From the NCBI RefSeq assembly GCF_036588685.1, contig NC_086386.1, positions 48,484,001 through 48,548,000 on the forward strand: 64,000 nt of DNA. The letters run 5' to 3'. This stretch comes from Mytilus trossulus. Taxonomy: Eukaryota. A model generated the notes under the pieces. It had not been told where the DNA came from. It saw only the letters and a list, made by a program, of their open reading frames with translations, and did not search any database. Below, piece after piece: positions 12,301 to 27,300 of this stretch (position 1 is its first letter; every line of letters begins with the position of its first letter). Position numbers and translations under genes: made by a program.

Positions 12301-15300
12301 CCAGCAGCACGTATGAACATTGTAAAACGGGAGAAATTGTGTTTCAACTGCCTTGGAACACATCGTATACATGAATGTAAGTCAAAACACTTATGCCGAA
12401 ATTGCAACAAAAGACATCACACAAGTCTGTGTACTGTACGCCAATTTAACAACAAGAACTACGATAATGACAGAAGTAGACAAAGCGTGCAAAATACAAA
12501 TTACAGCCAACAGCATATGAATTTTCATGGTAACAATGGACAAGCTAATCAGACATCTGTACATTTGGTAAATGACACGAATCAGAAGGAAGATGACACA
12601 TCAATTTTATACTCATCGTCAGTCGAGGTACGTACAAATGTTCTTTTAAAAACTGCAGTAGCACCACTCATGTAGAGATACCCATATACTTTTTGACGAG
12701 GGAGCACAGAGATCATTTGTGACCGAAGATTTAGCAAGAAAACTTAATTTACAGTCAGAGGGAACTGAAATTCTACAGTTATCATCATTTGGAGATAGAA
12801 AGAAAAACGTAAGACATTTAGATAAATCGACAGAGTTCGTAGAAACAGATGCAGGACAGAAAATACCGATAAACGTTCTAATTGTACCAATGATTGCCGT
12901 ACCTTTGCAGAACAATATTCGCCACATCAACAGAGGACTGAATTATTTACGGGGACTTAAGTTAGCACATCCGGTAACACAGGAAGAGTCTTTCGAAATA
13001 TCGTTATTGATCGGAGCTGACTACTACTGGGACTTAGTCGAGGATGAAGTCATACGGGGAAATGGTCCAACCGCCGTGAGGTCAAAGTTAGGTTTTTTAC
13101 TTTCCGGTCCAGTAAGCGACAAGAGGGATAACTCATTGATGGGTACTAGCATTTTTAATATTCTTATTTCTCATAAAACGGAAGAGCATGATATAGAAAC
13201 ATTTTGGAGATTGGAATCGATTGGTATTAACTCAAGGAAACAGACGAAGAGGATACAGATTTTTTGGAAACATATCAAGACACTTCGATTGAACTCAGAG
13301 GTAATAAATACTTTGCAAAGTTGCCATGGAAACAGGAACATGACAAACTACCATCAAACTATACAGTCACAAGAAGAAGAACAGAGAACGTTATTAAGAA
13401 ACTTAGTCGAGATCCTAAACTACTAAAGAAGTATGGAGATATAATCGCCGAACAGGAACGCAGAGGATTTGTTGAGACAGTAGATGAAAATGAACAAAAA
13501 GGCGGGAAAATTCATTACATTCCACACCACCCTATACACAAGGAATCTAGCACAACTCCTATGCGAATAGTATACGACTGCAGTTGTCGTCAATCACCAA
13601 GTCATCCAAGTCTAAATGATTGTCTTATGGACACACCACCAAAATTAAATGATTTGACAAAACTCCTAGTACAGTTTAGAGCCAACCAGTTTGCTACATG
13701 TACTGATATTGAGAAAGCTTTCTTACATGTTGGATTGAGCGAAGAAGATAGAGATGTTACCCGATTTTTATGGCTTAGTGACCCTACAAATCCAGGAAGT
13801 CAGCTGAAAACTTATAGGTTCAAAGCAGTGTTATTTGGAGCGACGTCTTCGCCCTTTATACTCAACGCCACAATACAGAAACATTTGAAACAATTCGGAA
13901 ACAGTGAAACAGCTAAAATTCTAGAAAGAGATATTTACGTTGATAACATATTGTCTAGTATGAACAAAGAGGAAGATTTACTTACGTATTTCAAAGAAGC
14001 AAGAAGCTTGATGGCTGGAGCTGGATTCAACTTGAGATCATGGAGTTCAAACAGTGCTAAATTACTAGAATTAGCTAAAGAAGAAAACGTCCTAGATACG
14101 GATAAGTATACCAAAATACTTGGAATGTTGTGGAACAGTCGTAGCAACGAGATTTTTTACCCTAAGCATGATATTCCTACACCGGAACTACTTCAACATG
14201 TAACTAAACGAGAAGTTTTGAAATATTCTTCAAAGATTTATGACCCACTAGGCTTACTTAGTCCGATTACAATTAGAGCAAAAATCCTGATACAAGAGTT
14301 ATGGAAATATGGATTAGATTGGGACGAACTTATACCAGATAATTTAAAGACTACGTGGATAGATTTGACCAAAGATTTGGAAAAGGCAATACAATTCACT
14401 ATTCCTCGATATTATTTTAGCAAGCCATCAACATCAACAGAATTAGTACTTCATGTATTTACAGACGCAAGTCCAAAGGCGTACGGCGCAGCAGCTTATT
14501 TGAGTAACGAAAACGAAACAACTTTAGTAATGGCGAAAACCAGAGTAGCACCAGTCAAATGCTTAACCCTCCCACAACTTGAACTTATGGCAGCAATCAT
14601 CGGCGCACGACTAGCTGCACATCTTCATTCAACACTTAATTATCCAAAAATTGTATTTTGGTCAGATAGCAGCATCGTTCTTCATTGGCTAACATCTACG
14701 AAGACTTTGAAACGTTTTATAGCTAATTGAGTGAAGGAAATAACAGAATTGGCGCATCCATACAAATGTCGATATTGCCCTACTGATAACAACCCGGCAG
14801 ATCTTCTAACAAGAGGACTTACAATTGAACAATTTGACCAGAGTATACTTTGGTGGAAAGGACCACATTGGTTAACAGATAGTACAAAATGGCCAGAACT
14901 AAACAGCTCAACAAACACCGTTTTGACGTCACTGGTAGATGACAGAGAAAATGAAGAGGAATTGGACAACTTGAATATGACGCACCAAAATAGTCTAAGC
15001 AGTATAAAAAACATATTGGATATTTCGAACTATGGATCTTACATGAAGTTATTACGTATTACCGCGTATGTCATCCGTTTTATACGCAACTGTAGACGGG
15101 ATAGGATTTCCAGAAAAAGCGGACCACAGGAGGTAAATGAAATTCAAACAGCAGTAAATACTTGGATTCTAGATTGTCAAGAGTCTACGTATACAGATGA
15201 AATGTCATATCTGAGAGGAGCACAACACAGAAACACAAATAAAGTACCCAGAGTCCGACAATTGGGACTTTTCTTAGACGAAACCGGTCTTATTAGATGT

Positions 15301-18300
15301 AACGGGAGAATACACAACGCACCAATACCAGAATCAGCGAAATTTCTGTACCTTATACCGTCAAATCATCCGTTAACTAGACTAATTGTATTGGACGCAC
15401 ACGAAAAGTTACTTCATAGTGGAATGAATGCTACAGTCACCTATATTAGACAAACGTTTTGGATACCAACTATTTGACAGTATGCAAAGAAATTACTCCG
15501 CAAATGCGTTATTTGCCGCAAATAACCTATTGGACAGTATGCAAAGAAATTACTCCACAAATGCGTTATTTGCCGCAAAGTGAATGGAAAATCGTACGTT
15601 GCACCAGACCCACCACCTTTACCAAAAATCAGATTACAGGAAGCACCCCCCTTTACAGTCACTGGAGTGGACTTTACAGGAGCATTACTTGTAAGAGACG
15701 AAAATAGAATTTTAACAAAAGCATATATATGCCTGTTTACCTGCGCTTCTACCAGAGCCGTTCATCTAGAGGTGGTACCAAACCTAACCGAACATTCGTT
15801 TGTTCAAGCTTTTAGGCGTTTCGTAAGCTGCAAATCAATACCTAAGACACTTATATTAGATAATGCAACTACTTTCATCGCAGGAGCAGAGGAACTAAAA
15901 AGATTATGTGAATAGGCAACACTAAAAGAAACGTTGTCTACACGAGGAATAGAATGGAAATTCATACCAAAATGCGCACCGTGGTATGGTGGATTCTGGG
16001 AGAGACTTATTGCGCTAACAAAGACAAGCTTGAAAAAGACACTTGGACGAACTCAAGTTAGTATGGAAACTCTACAGACTGTCGTGACAGAAATAGAAAG
16101 AATTTTAAATGACAAGCCACTTACATATTTTTCATCAGATATCAGAGATTGCGAGACGTTAACCCCAGCTCATCTTTTGTATGGTAGAAGAATATCAACA
16201 CTGCCATATCCGCAAATAGACATAGAGGAATTCAACGATCCAACCTATATGAACCACAAAGAACTCAACAAATGTGCACAAAGACAAACTTTATTAATAC
16301 AACACTTCTGGACCAGATGGAAGTCCGAATACTTAACTTCATTGCGTGAATTTCACAAAACTTAAGGAAAAAACGAACAATCTATTCAAATTGGAGACAT
16401 AGTTCAAATACATAATGAATCGCCTAGAGTCAATTGGAAACTAGGTATAGTTAATGAACTTATCAGAGGCAATGATGGACATGTGCGAGCAGCACGGATA
16501 CAGACAAGCAATGGTGAGACTTCCCGACCGATCGTTAAACTATTTCCGTTGGAAGTATTGGGGACACATTCCGATGTTACAAGCGATCACACTGACGAGC
16601 AACATCAAGACACAACGCAAAGAAGTACTAGACCGAAACGAAATGCGAGCATCAAGGCCCGGGAGAGGATATGAAAGTGGACAACCAATGTAGACGAAAA
16701 TGATGAAGAAGATTAACAATTTTCAAAAGGACTTTCAAAGTTAATTCAAATTTTTCATTTATGTGAACAAGAACTCAGTTAATTCAATTTAGTTCATTCA
16801 TGGAGATAGAGACTTTTTTAATTTGATTTATTTACAAATATGGACAGTTAATGTGAAATTTAAGATAATTTGCACTTTTTGCGGCCCCCAGGCAGTATGT
16901 CGAGATTACCGCGGGATTACGACGTTCCTAAGTTTGTAGATCTTTTGTACATTACCATTGGCAACGTTGGCGACTTCAGTGACGTCGCCGTGGGCTCTTG
17001 GAGTTGTTATTAAAAGTTATGGCTGAACAGACGTATTTGTTTATATTAGCGAAAATATCCTACTTTTAACCTCCACAGTATACAAAATATTTTGGTGGAT
17101 TCACAATTTTTATCAATACCTTGCGTGTTCACTTTTAATTTGGCGGAATTTATTTTGAAGATTTTTGTTCTATCGAAAATAATCGAAATTTACACCCCGC
17201 AAAAATAACCCACTAAATGTATGTATTGTTAAAAATAAAAAAACAAAAATTAAAGAAATTTCATCTAGATTTCAATGTCAATTTGAATTGACCTTCTAGT
17301 GACTGAAAAACTTATCAAAGTATGAAGTAAGAACTATCAAAGTATGAAGTAAGAAAAATATAGGACATTAACAAAACAATGAGAAAATGTAGTTAAAAAA
17401 TGAGAAGTGAATAAGTGATTGATACATTTGTTGAAATGGAATACTGTGTTTTTTATTAAATATTTTTATCATTTGTTAAATAACTTTCTTTCAATCTTTC
17501 CAAAGATAAGAATACATACTGCATATTGATTGGTTGTCCATTCATAGTGACGATATAACTCTTGATGATTTCTAGATCTCTCTTGACTGCTGGATACCCT
17601 GATACGTCACTTCCATGCCGTGTAATAAAATCATCAACATATTTCCCATTACAGTTGCCACATAGACCAGTCAGGTGACTACTACATGCATTAGAGGCTT
17701 GAACCATCACAGATGAGTCACCATTCCACCATACGTGTAACCCACAGGTCGTTGTCAAGAGTAACCAGTTACCCGTGTATCTTATATGTATCTGTTGACT
17801 GTGTAATGATAGCGGTAAATAATGTAGATAACCATTTTCCTGAAAGAGAAATGAACAAAAATTTGACATGGTACTTTTGAATAAACACAATGACATATAA
17901 AGGTTAGAAGGGAGAAGTTAATAAAAGTAATTATAAAATTTGTTGCAATGGAATACTGTATGTGTCCAGTATAATACAAAAGTCAAAAAGCTCTTATGTA
18001 GAATTATTGCATGAATATTGTAGTAGATTTAGGAGATAAATTTATTGTATTTTAACCTCCAACGGCATCAATTCGTGATTTGATTGTCGCAAATCCTTGC
18101 TTGATGCCGTTTGAGCTTGAAATACAATATTGTTATCTCTATTCTAATGAAACTATAATAAAACAATGTGAAAAAATACATTTAAAATCTGTAAAACATA
18201 GTTTGTGAATTGATGCCATGAAAACTTGTGACATTTATATCCAATCAAAATGAACGTCACAAAAGATGTTGCATCAAAGTGGTAGATTGCATGAGTCAGT

Positions 18301-21300
18301 AAAATCTCTAGCAGGTTTTATCGTGCCTTAATTTCTAAATATTGATCGTTGACAATGTAATTTGTTTGGGATATTTTTTTAGCAATATATTGATATGAAA
18401 CTTACATAAATATTGTAGCCAGGCCCAAGCTGTATTCTACGGTGAAATATTTCCACTACAACAGCCTTAATCTTAGATGCCCCATAGTCATCACTTCTCA
18501 TAGTGACATCAATGTGAAAGGCACAAGGATCAGGGAATCTTGTCGATTTAGTTAGAGTATATCTGCAGGCTCCATTGTGATAAATGAACTGTCCATCATA
18601 AGTCTTGATGTAGGCATTACTAAAGGCTGAGCAGATACATTTGCCTATTAATGAAAGAAACAATAAAGATAAATATACAAAATTGCCTTTTTTTCCTTAA
18701 GGGGTTCTTATAATTTAGAGTCAGTGTTCATTTATGGTTATGGTTAGGTAATGGTGTGGTTTTAGTGCTAGTGTTTGGATTGGATACGGAATGGGTTATG
18801 GTTAGGTTTAGGTTAAGAATAATTTAGTATTGCTAAGAAGACACTAGATCGGCTATGTCTCAAATTTTCTTTGTATCCTAGGTAGACATCTTATCAGATC
18901 ATAGAAATATTTCCTACATGTATAGATTATAAACATGTATATTATAATTCATATCTTCACAAATACAAAGTTTTTTGAGCAACATGGATATGATAAAAAT
19001 TATTAAGTATTCATAATTATTACTATTTATTGGATACTAATTTTTAACCGGTTTGTAAGCAAACTTTTTCAAGTCCACAAATTTCAAAGTATCCATGAAA
19101 AATATTTTATTTTGAACTTTCTAGACCAAGATTTTCATATGGCTTAAGCAGACCCATAACAAAGTGTAGACAATTTAAGTTCAAACTTTATACTCACGTT
19201 CACATTTTCTATGTCCGTCCCCTACAAATCCTCCTCTACACACACAGCGACCATCAACACATTCTGAGTTTTGAGCACATTTCACACCTTTACAGAACCC
19301 TTCAGCTGTAAAATAAAATATTCAGTAAAACACTTGAACTTCTTATTTCATATTTAATCAATTGAAAAATTCTTCAAATAACAAGAAAAAATCTTTGATA
19401 GATGAAAAATCATGACTTATTGACAATTTCATTTTTGTAAATAATTGTTTATTACTGCAAATTGATTGTTCCTGGAATAAGAGTACATGCAATCAATTTT
19501 CCAACAATTTTGTCTCAAAAGAGTATGTATCCAACAGGGCTTCCAAAACGGTCATATATTCCAGTCATTTGTATAATGTCCGGTAAATGACGGATGGGAA
19601 AAGCATGAAACGGTCATATACTTTTTATTTTTCAAGGCTTTTTCGGTCATTTTAATATAATTCACGATCTTTTTGCCCCAACATTTTGCCTTTAACAGCC
19701 ATATATTTCCGGTCATAAAAGTGACATGTTGATTAATTACTATCAAAACAACCCTTACTTCAATACTTTCTAATTTTAATCAAGGCTAATTAGTTGTTAC
19801 TTTCGAACATTTCAGCGGTTTGTATCAAATTGATTTAGTCCAAAAGATCAAATTCATAATAAATACATTTATAAACTTGATTTCTTGAAACATTTTAAAA
19901 AGGTTTAACATGAAAAAATCGTCAGAACTACGTTGTATGAACAAGAACACGTGTGCGCATGTGCAGAGGTGGGAAATTCAATTATGCATCCTACATTTCT
20001 TCAAAATTCTAAAACTATCATTGATACCTGTACCTAACGTTCATTTCAAGTATTTTGTTGAAGAAATAACGTGGAAAGAGCTTCTTCGCTCAGTCGTGCT
20101 ATGTAAACGTACACGGATTTTATGTATCCCTTTATGGTCCATGTTTTACCATTGTCAAGTCAACATCCGGTTTTGAAAAATGTGACTTTAAAAAACGAAA
20201 ATAAAGTTCTTGACAACGTCATTTTGCACAATTCAAGAGTCTAATGCAGATATGAGCACGCTGATGTGCACACTTTGAATGATGCAATCCCAATTTTAAC
20301 AGTTTATGTCAGAACATCAAATTCATATCAAAGTAAAGTTTAATATCGTTTTTAATCTAATGTCAATCATTGGGATGGCCATCTGATTACCATAATTGCC
20401 TTTTGTGACTTAGTCTTGGGGATTAAAATTCGGATCAGATATAAAATGTCCGGCTGGCTCAGAAAATTTTTGGAAGCCCTGGTATCAAATAAAAACACCA
20501 CTTGATATAACCTCATTTATAATCCTTGAAACAAATATTTATGTCACATGTGTTCTTTGTTTTCTAAATTCTAAAACATAGCATGATGGCAGTTAGCATT
20601 CTTAAATTAAGTCAAATATACATATGAACATATTTTAGATCAGATATCAATCTTATAGACACAATACTATAAAATTCAATATTAAAATGCATCAAACATG
20701 CTTTTTATCTCTTTTCTGTTTTGATAATTTTTAGTTGAATTTTTTGTACTTACGATCACAGAAATAATATCCATCTCCATGGTAACCTTTTCTACATTTA
20801 CATTTATAATCCTCACACATGGCGTTCATGTGACATCTCTTTCCTCCACAATAATCCAAAGCTGAAAAAATCAATAATTAAATTTAATTCCATTGAAGCC
20901 TGCAATTGCTTGGAATATTTGTGTAATATATTTTTTTTTGCCTCAATTGCATCAGGATAAATTCAACAAAATTTTAATATTCATAGCATTTAAAGTAATA
21001 AATACATGGCTCATCTTTGACAGAACTTGCTGTAATTGAACCAGTTCAATGAGGTTGTATCCAAAGACATTTTAGAATACTTATGTTTAAAAATTATAAC
21101 TCTGTAGTTCATAATATTTTCTAAATTTTACTTACGTTCACATTTAAAGAATGGGTTGCCATGAAAACCAGTATGACAACTGCACCTGCCTGCCACACAA
21201 TGAGCATTTTCTACACATAGTTTACCACCACAGAAAGCTGGAATTGAAGCATAAAAGAATATAAATTTTATGCATCAATCTCAATCAGTCATTTCACTAA

Positions 21301-24300
21301 GTACAAATTAAAAAAAAGGAAAGGTTGTGTGCAATGTTTTGTTTCTACAGAAAGGGTTTATTTTAGTTATTTATTAACACAGCATCTTTTTATACATATC
21401 TAACATTTCTTAAAAGATCTACTATACATCCAAATATTGTTGAAGAATTTGTACACAATTATCATCTGCAATTTCTTTCACAATGATGGTGTATTATTTC
21501 TTCCATATTACTTCTGTTTGTATATTTTCAAAGTGATTGTTAAAACAAATATATATCCTACGTAAGGTGAAAATAAATTTGTTTATATCAAGCATATGTT
21601 TTAAGGTATAAATTGTATACAAATTATCTCCCCATATGTTTTAAGGTAGTTCTATATAAATTATCTCCCCATATGTTTTAAGGTAATTCTATACAATATT
21701 TACATGTTCGTGGGTTTTTAAATTCGTGCATGTTTTAAGTTTTCTAAAAAAAAAAAAAATAGAAAAATTAAAGCATTAAGAAAGAAGGTTACAAATAGTC
21801 TGGATTGAAGGAAATTGCAATGTTAACATTGACCTGTGTAAATCGTAGTGACAACACTAATTAACCCAAGATAAAGTGATCAACAGATTAAGGACCATTT
21901 TTATGAGAATTAAAAGATCAAAAATTGTAGTTTAGGTTATTAAAGATTAAATGGGTATAATTCTGCATGCAGCTGTAGTTCTGTGACTGCTATTAAAGAA
22001 TTCTTAGATTCGAGGCTATTCAATATATTCTCTAGATCATATCATAAGTCAACCCTTCATCGGGATCTTTCCATGTCTTGATTTTGACAATGGTTGTTTT
22101 ATTTCCTTTGACACTTAACTTCGTGGATAAAGTCATCCACGAAAACCACGAAAATTGGTACCCCACGAATAAAGTATTTTCACAGTAATTTAATACCTCT
22201 CAAGGGGTGATTTTGTAAAATCGTCTCCTGTCATTAATCATTCAATACAAATATAATATACATTTTTTTCATAAAATATCCCCCTTTCACTTCATTATTT
22301 CAATTTCATCAAATCCATAATTTTTTCCAATTCCTAACACAAATAAGATGCTAGAATCATAAGGAAAAAAGTGATAATTCTACATATATATTTAGTACAT
22401 CAGTAAATGTAAACTAGCTTATACTTTTTTGGTGATAATTAAATTTAAGTAAATACATTATACATACGATCACATCTTGTATATCCATCACCATAGTAAC
22501 CCTTTTGACATTTACACAAGAAGTTGTCACACTGGGCATTCTTGGAACAAATATGACCATCACAAAATCCATCAGCTATTTTAAAATAAATCAAATTTCA
22601 ATATGTAGATTATTATCCCTTATTTTTATCAACTCTGTATTTACATTGTATCACAGATCAAATTTATTTGTTCATTATGTGTTTATTTGTGTCACTTCTT
22701 TTTTTGATTGAGTTGAGTCATTCCAATTGATATTTTATAGTTTGTCTTTCTATGTTGTGATGTTATACTACTGTTCAGAAAAGGGAGAAGGTTTGGTACC
22801 ATTAAAATTTTTTATCCCGCTGCAAATATTTGCACCTGTCCAAGTCAGGAATCTGATGTTCAGTGGTTGTCATCTGTTTAAGTGGTTCACAAGTCTCTCT
22901 TGTGTCTCGTTTTTTATATAAATTAGACTGTTGGTTTTCCCGTTTGAATGGTTTTAAACTAGTAATTTTTGGGAACCTTTAGAGCATGCTGTTCAGTGTA
23001 AGTCTAGGCTCTGTATTTAAGACAGTACCCTGACCTATAATGGTTTACTTTTATCAATTGTGACTTGAATGGAGAGTTGTCTCATTGGCACTCATACCAT
23101 ATCTATCTATATCTATATACATAAATGAATTTCATACTTTCATGAGTTATTATACAATAGTCCTTTCAAATCCTGACAAATTATGTGCTTTTGAATATAA
23201 TGGAAGAATGAATGTGGTGCTATATAAATCCCAGTTATGAAGATATTTAAACATAAAACACAACTCTAAAAAACAATTTAGGTATTAAGCAAAAGTATTT
23301 GAACTGCTACTGTAAGTCTAGCATGAATTCTTCCTCAATCATTGCTTATAACACAAAGAAACTGAAGTTCTTGAAGCAGTATTCCTCCTTTTTTTGTCTT
23401 AAGTTTCTAGTATACCAGTTCCAAAAATATTTAACAGCTTTTGGACAATAAAAGGACAATATGTTTACTGACCTTCACATCTGTAGTAACCATCACCATG
23501 GTAACCTTCATCACATACACACATGTTGTGTACACACTTGGCATTCCTTACACACTTCTTACCATTACACAAAGCTGAAATATAGTATGCATTGTATGAA
23601 ATTAAAGCAAAAAAACACTTCAACATACTTCATATACTGTGGATTCATTATTATTCGTGAGATGTTGGTACAGGTAAACCAGGAATTTAAATATTCAACA
23701 TAGCAAATATTTGTCATAGGGTTATTTGTAGCTTTGACAAAACAACGAAATCAAATATCAAGGAAAATGCAAGATTTTATCAATCCACTAAAATTGATAC
23801 CCAAAAAAATAAATGAATCCACAGTACTCCAAAATGTACTTCATATGTGGAAGACACAAGAACACCAGATAATGCTAATTGGTACCCAATAACTTCACCC
23901 TCGAACAAAAATCTAAAAAAAAATCTATAACCATAATATGTTCTAGGTATCAGTGGAAGGATAAAATTCTGACATAAATTTAGGTTTTAACAATTGTGGT
24001 GTTGCTGTTCAATTTAATAGTTTTCGTCACAAAAAAGATGAAATGCTGATCATATATCTGCTTTCAGTTTAGAGCATCACCTATAATGACATTCTCTGTA
24101 TTGTCATCTTAACATTGCGTCCTTATATCTATACTTACCGTCACATTTCCTGTATCCATTTCCCGTATATCCTTTACTACACTGACATTGATATTTCAAA
24201 CACTCTGAGTGTTCAGCACAGGTCTTGTTTCCACAAAACTTCTTCACTGTAAAAAAAATATAGCATATTTTGTGTTACTTATCTCTTTAAACTAAACAGA

Positions 24301-27300
24301 ACTTTTTTTTTAAATCTACAATTGATGACTGCAACTTGTCAACAACAGTACTGCTCATTCTATACTTTAAAAAAAAAAAAAAAAAAAAATATCACTTGAC
24401 AAAAAGATTAAATTCAAATAAAATAAGTTAGGGCCGTAGTTTTTTTATTTTTAGTTTTACAGACCCTCCTACCCTAATTTTTGCCAAACAGGAAAAAAAA
24501 TTAAATTAAAAATGTTGATTTTTATTTTTTTTTCTCCTCCGACCCTGTGTTTTTCATGCCAAAAAAATAAATTTTAGTTCATAACTGCATGAAAGAATCT
24601 AATTTATGCTCTTGGTGATTAAGTAAATTGTTGCACATTGATTTTCAATTCAAACCTTGTCAAGAAAGAAAAAAAATAGTTGTTACACTAGTAGAAATTC
24701 TCCTGGTGAAATAAAAAAAAAAAATTTTATATTGACGGTTGGTATAAAAAAAAAATCAGCAGCAGCATTTTTTTTTTTTTTTTTTTCGTCCTCCTACCCA
24801 TTGGTTTTGTCAAAAAATTTCGTAAAACTAAAAATATAATAACTATGGCCTAGGCTAAATTTCATGGATGATTCAGAGCAAAAACATCATGAAAAAACTT
24901 GTCATTCTAAAAAAATATTTTTTAACTGAAGGTTGATATTGGTTGTATGATACAAACTTGGATAATATCTCTTCAAAACAGTATTTTGAGGTATGTGTTC
25001 TTTTATCTTAAAGAAAATTGTATTGAATGAACAATGGTTAATTCAACCAATTTGATATGTTAGCTCTTTCCTTAGTCGTAAAATAGTCCTGAAAATGCAT
25101 GAAACATTTGCCACTAGATGTTAAGCATCCAACAATCAATCAATCAATCCTATTTTGTGTTAAGCATTGATCTGACAATAAATTGTAGCCACTTAAAAAG
25201 CTTAGTTTTAACCGTGAATTTTCTATATTCATACTGGTCATAAAAATCACCTGATGTAATACAATATATAGAAAGTGCTGACTGAGTGATTACTAAAGAT
25301 AATCTTATAAGTTATAACTTACATTCACACAGTACATAAGCATTTCCATGGTAACCTGGCTGACATGTACAACATCCATCTATACACAATCCATATTTAG
25401 CACAGATTTTACCACTGCAAAGGGCTAGAAATAAAATCAATAATAAAAACATATATTACAAGTTTTAATGAGGGAATAGTGAACATAAATGTATAACTTT
25501 AACTGTACCAGACATTTTTTTGTCTACAGAATTCAATTTGATATATTAGCTCCTTTCATTGCAATCAAGAACATTGCCCAATCTTCCCTTGGTTTATACA
25601 TACACTGTATCCCCCCCCCCCAAAAAAAAAAACACCCAAAAAAACCTTTTGAATTATTGTTTATATTTATGACTTATTCCTACTTTGGAACCTCATGACC
25701 TTGGCATAAAACCATGGCCTTCAAAATATATCAACATGACTGAGCAAATAACTCATATACAGTTCTTTTCTCAATATTAGAGGTTAACAAGAATGTGTCC
25801 AAAGTACACAGATGCACTGGCACTATCATTTTCCATGTTTAATGGACAGTGAACTGGGTAAAAAATTGAATTTGGCAACATAATAAGAAAGATCACACCA
25901 TAGGGAACATGTGTACTAAGTTTCAAGCTGATTGGACTTCAACTTCATCTTAAACAACCTTGACCAAAAACATTAACCTGAAGTGGGACGAACGGACAGA
26001 CAGACGAACAGATGGACGGACCCCTCTACTATCGTAGGTGGGGCATAAAAAAAAAAATTCTCCAAATGTAACTGATTTTTCTTGTTAAATGAAGACAATT
26101 GTGATTTTAAATATGTTCAATCTCCCTTTAAAAATCATCTCGTGTCCATCACATATAGAAAGTACAGTCAAGTCTTTTCATCAGGTGTTATTAATGCACA
26201 CCTATATAACCTGGAACATAAATTAACTTTTTTATTAAGATAATATGTTGTAGTCAGCTTTCTCTACTAATGTAAGAAACTGTATTTCTGGTGACTTGAA
26301 AAATGTTATTAAATGTTAAATGTTTATAAATCTGTTACTACATACGTTCACAGTAAGTATATCCATTTCCATGGAAACGTTCTTTACACTGGCATTTAAA
26401 GTCTATACAATCAGCATTGGCAGCACAGGTCTTACCATCACAGAATCTGTCATCTGAAAATCAGATCAAATTTGTTTATTTCAAAACTGACAGGTAATTA
26501 TAATACATGTATAACCTATTGTAATGAATAACGAATTTATTCCCAAAATAATTATAATACATGTATAACCTAATGTAATGAATAACGAATTTATTCCCAA
26601 AATAATTATAATACATGTATAACCTAATGTAATGAATAATGAATTTATTCCCAAAATAAATTTAAAATCAATTTCACATAGAATTTCTATAGCCTGTTGT
26701 CCCCAAAGATTGATACTCAAAAAGGAAACGATAACCTAATATGACAACTTTGGTTATACTTTTGAATTGTTTTTCCCCAACTATTTACCACAACGTTTTC
26801 TTTTCTTGTGAACTTGTAATCAGTAGCAATTTTTCATAGCACAGAATCTGCAAAATATTTAAGAGTAAAATTTCTCTTCGGTTCAAGGGAAGGTATTTTT
26901 TTTTGGTCACCACTGGTATACAAACCTTCACATCTATTTATTCCATCACCATGGTAACCAGTATTACATGTACATTGACCTCTGTAGCAGAATGCTTTGT
27001 CATGACATTTCTTGCCATTACACAATTCTGTTGAAATATAAAAAATAATAGTTTAATCTATTAAACTAACCAAGTAGAATTATCTAATGGTTAAACTATA
27101 GTTTAATCTATTAAACTAACCAAGTAGAATTATCTAATGGTTAAACTATAGTTTATTCTATTAAAATAACCAAGTAGAGAGAGCAGTGGTGTAGTGGTTA
27201 GTGCATCGGACTACTAACACAAAGGTCCCTGGTTCGATTCCCGTTTGGGATGAAAATTTCAGGAACTCAATTTTCGGCTCTCCCTTGATACCATTTGCGA

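Larger units (their letters stand above)
10920..17077 (+). mobile_element. Full-length Bel/Pao LTR retrotransposon, defective
   Basis: 180-bp TG...CA LTRs, 5-bp TSD GTATA (10915-10919 and 17078-17082), PBS. Order gag (Cys/His knuckles), protease (LFDEGAQRS), RT (YVDN), Pao RNase H (FTDAS), integrase (GVDFTG, WYGGFWERL). Confidence 0.97.

Noticed and set aside
18730-18816. GGTTAG-like telomeric repeats
   Set aside because: Short and degenerate; better explained as a simple repeat.
27179-27255. tRNA-like sequence
   Set aside because: It is the head of a SINE with body, tail and TSD; no proper acceptor stem.
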